Of a stretch of 36,743 nucleotides of DNA, positions 35,702 through 36,743 are shown one piece after another. A program made the translations under genes and the position numbers. The stretch is from a virus (taxonomy: Duplodnaviria > Caudoviricetes). The notes beneath the pieces are model-generated. The model was not told the DNA's origin. It searched no databases and saw only the letters and a list, made by a program, of their open reading frames with translations. Position 1 is the stretch's first letter. The number at the start of each line of letters is the position of its first letter. The stretch is from the IMG/VR virus record IMGVR_UViG_3300032330_002275, positions 1-36,743 of that record; one strand, written 5' to 3'.

Positions 35702-36568
35702 TTAAGGCACGTCTTCCTCATCCGCCGCTAAAGGGATGGGAACAATGTGTGGGTGTGGGTGTGGGTGTGGGTGTGGGTGTGGGTGTGAGTGTGGAGTTGA
35801 ACGTTGGGACTGATTGCCAGCGTTTCCCTGTATGCCCAACTTCTCAAACAACTCCGCCGTCGGATCCCTCACAACCTCGGGAAACCCAAAACGACACTTC
35901 GCCACTGCTGACGCTTTTTCCTGCGTGTGCAATTCACGCCGTTGAGCATGTGCCGTCTTATCCGGTTTTTGTTGGTTGGAATTGGAATTGGCTTTGACCA
36001 AGACTTGCCAGTGATAAAAGAGCACCGCATCAAAGGCACTCATAAAATACGGCAACATCTTCTTGTTGATGTCCGGCTCATACCTGTCATAATTTTCCGT
36101 CATCGGACTCGCAAATGACGCTATGCGACTGTGCGCTAAAAAGAGCACGTTCTTCCTGTGCGTCGTCAAGAAGTCTAGACAACGCATGCAACGCTTCCAC
36201 TCCGCAACCAACGCTACAGTCCCCGCTCCATAAGCAGGCGATGCCAGCGTTTCCCAACCATTCTTGCCAGTCACGTGTTCCACGATCATGAGCTCAAGTG
36301 CGGTGCAAGTGTCTATGACGATTGTCTTATAGACATCGTTAGCCGAGTCTTCGCCGATCCACTTTATGACCTGCAAAAACTGACTGTATGCCTTGACGTG
36401 GATCCTTGACGCTTGCGTCAATCCACTCCCATCTTCCAAGTCCACTATAAGTGCGTCTGGAAGCGTGCTCGCTAAATACGTCTTGCCTACACCCGGCGTG
36501 CCATAAATGCACATCTTCCACGGCTGCGGCTCTATCCCTTTTGTGATCTGAAACATTTTTGCACTCAT
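35702..36568 (-). CDS. Sak4-like AAA_24 ATPase (ssDNA annealing)
   Basis: IYGTPGVGKT, DLEDG, TIVIDT, FLAH, AKCRFG; C-terminal HP repeat. Confidence 0.9.
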   Translation of the reverse strand: MSAKMFQITKGIEPQPWKMCIYGTPGVGKTYLASTLPDALIVDLEDGSGLTQASRIHVKAYSQFLQVIKWIGEDSANDVYKTIVIDTCTALELMIVEHVTGKNGWETLASPAYGAGTVALVAEWKRCMRCLDFLTTHRKNVLFLAHSRIASFASPMTENYDRYEPDINKKMLPYFMSAFDAVLFYHWQVLVKANSNSNQQKPDKTAHAQRRELHTQEKASAVAKCRFGFPEVVRDPTAELFEKLGIQGNAGNQSQRSTPHSHPHPHPHPHPHPHIVPIPLAADEEDVP

Positions 36569-36597
36569 CTCGTCTGCTCCTGTTTGCCTATCCTGCT

Positions 36598-36725
36598 GTA
36601 TGCCGGTTTAGTGCCTAGTCTGGTTAGTGCCTAGTCTGGTTGTGCGCATTGCACGTCTCACGCTTCTGTTGCGTGGAATATGGTCTCGTATGCCCTGGTC
36701 TGGTTTGTGCGTATTGCACCCGTAA
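36598..36725. repeat. Short direct-repeat cluster in the divergent intergenic region
   Basis: GTGCCTAGTCTGGTT x2, GTCTGGTT(T)GTGCGyATTGCAC x2, several GTATGCC. Confidence 0.75.
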
Positions 36726-36743
36726 GTAACCGTATGCCTCGTA
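36726..36743. repeat. Terminal direct repeat, right copy
   Basis: Identical to 1-18. Confidence 0.9.

Overview
Apparently complete, circular ~36.7 kb tailed-phage genome of podovirus-like architecture; an 18-nt direct repeat joins the ends. Replication and recombination genes: Prim-Pol/PriCT-2 primase, SF3/D5-like helicase, Sak4-like AAA_24 ATPase, DUF669 SSB-like protein, VRR-NUC nuclease. The + strand virion operon runs portal, scaffold, major capsid, adaptor, fibre, nozzle, three ejection proteins. A separate - strand packaging block (TerS-like, GNAT-like, TerL) is followed by a duplicated adaptor+fibre module and a holin-like plus L,D-transpeptidase-fold lysin pair. I recognised no integrase, repressor, family A/B DNA polymerase, tRNA or CRISPR array. 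Highlights: (i) a ~340-bp inverted-repeat element with covarying cGNAg-triloop DNA hairpins, directly before a low-GC island of two RepL-like plasmid-initiator cassettes and a relic of a third; (ii) tandem paralogs with an ECF-sigma region-2-like motif behind the capsid gene; (iii) a consensus sigma54 promoter; (iv) an in-frame stop inside a 42-bp repeat splitting primase from helicase; (v) an 11-bp bidirectional RBS; (vi) many 9-bp tandem duplications. All protein calls come from motifs and synteny read by eye, not database searches.
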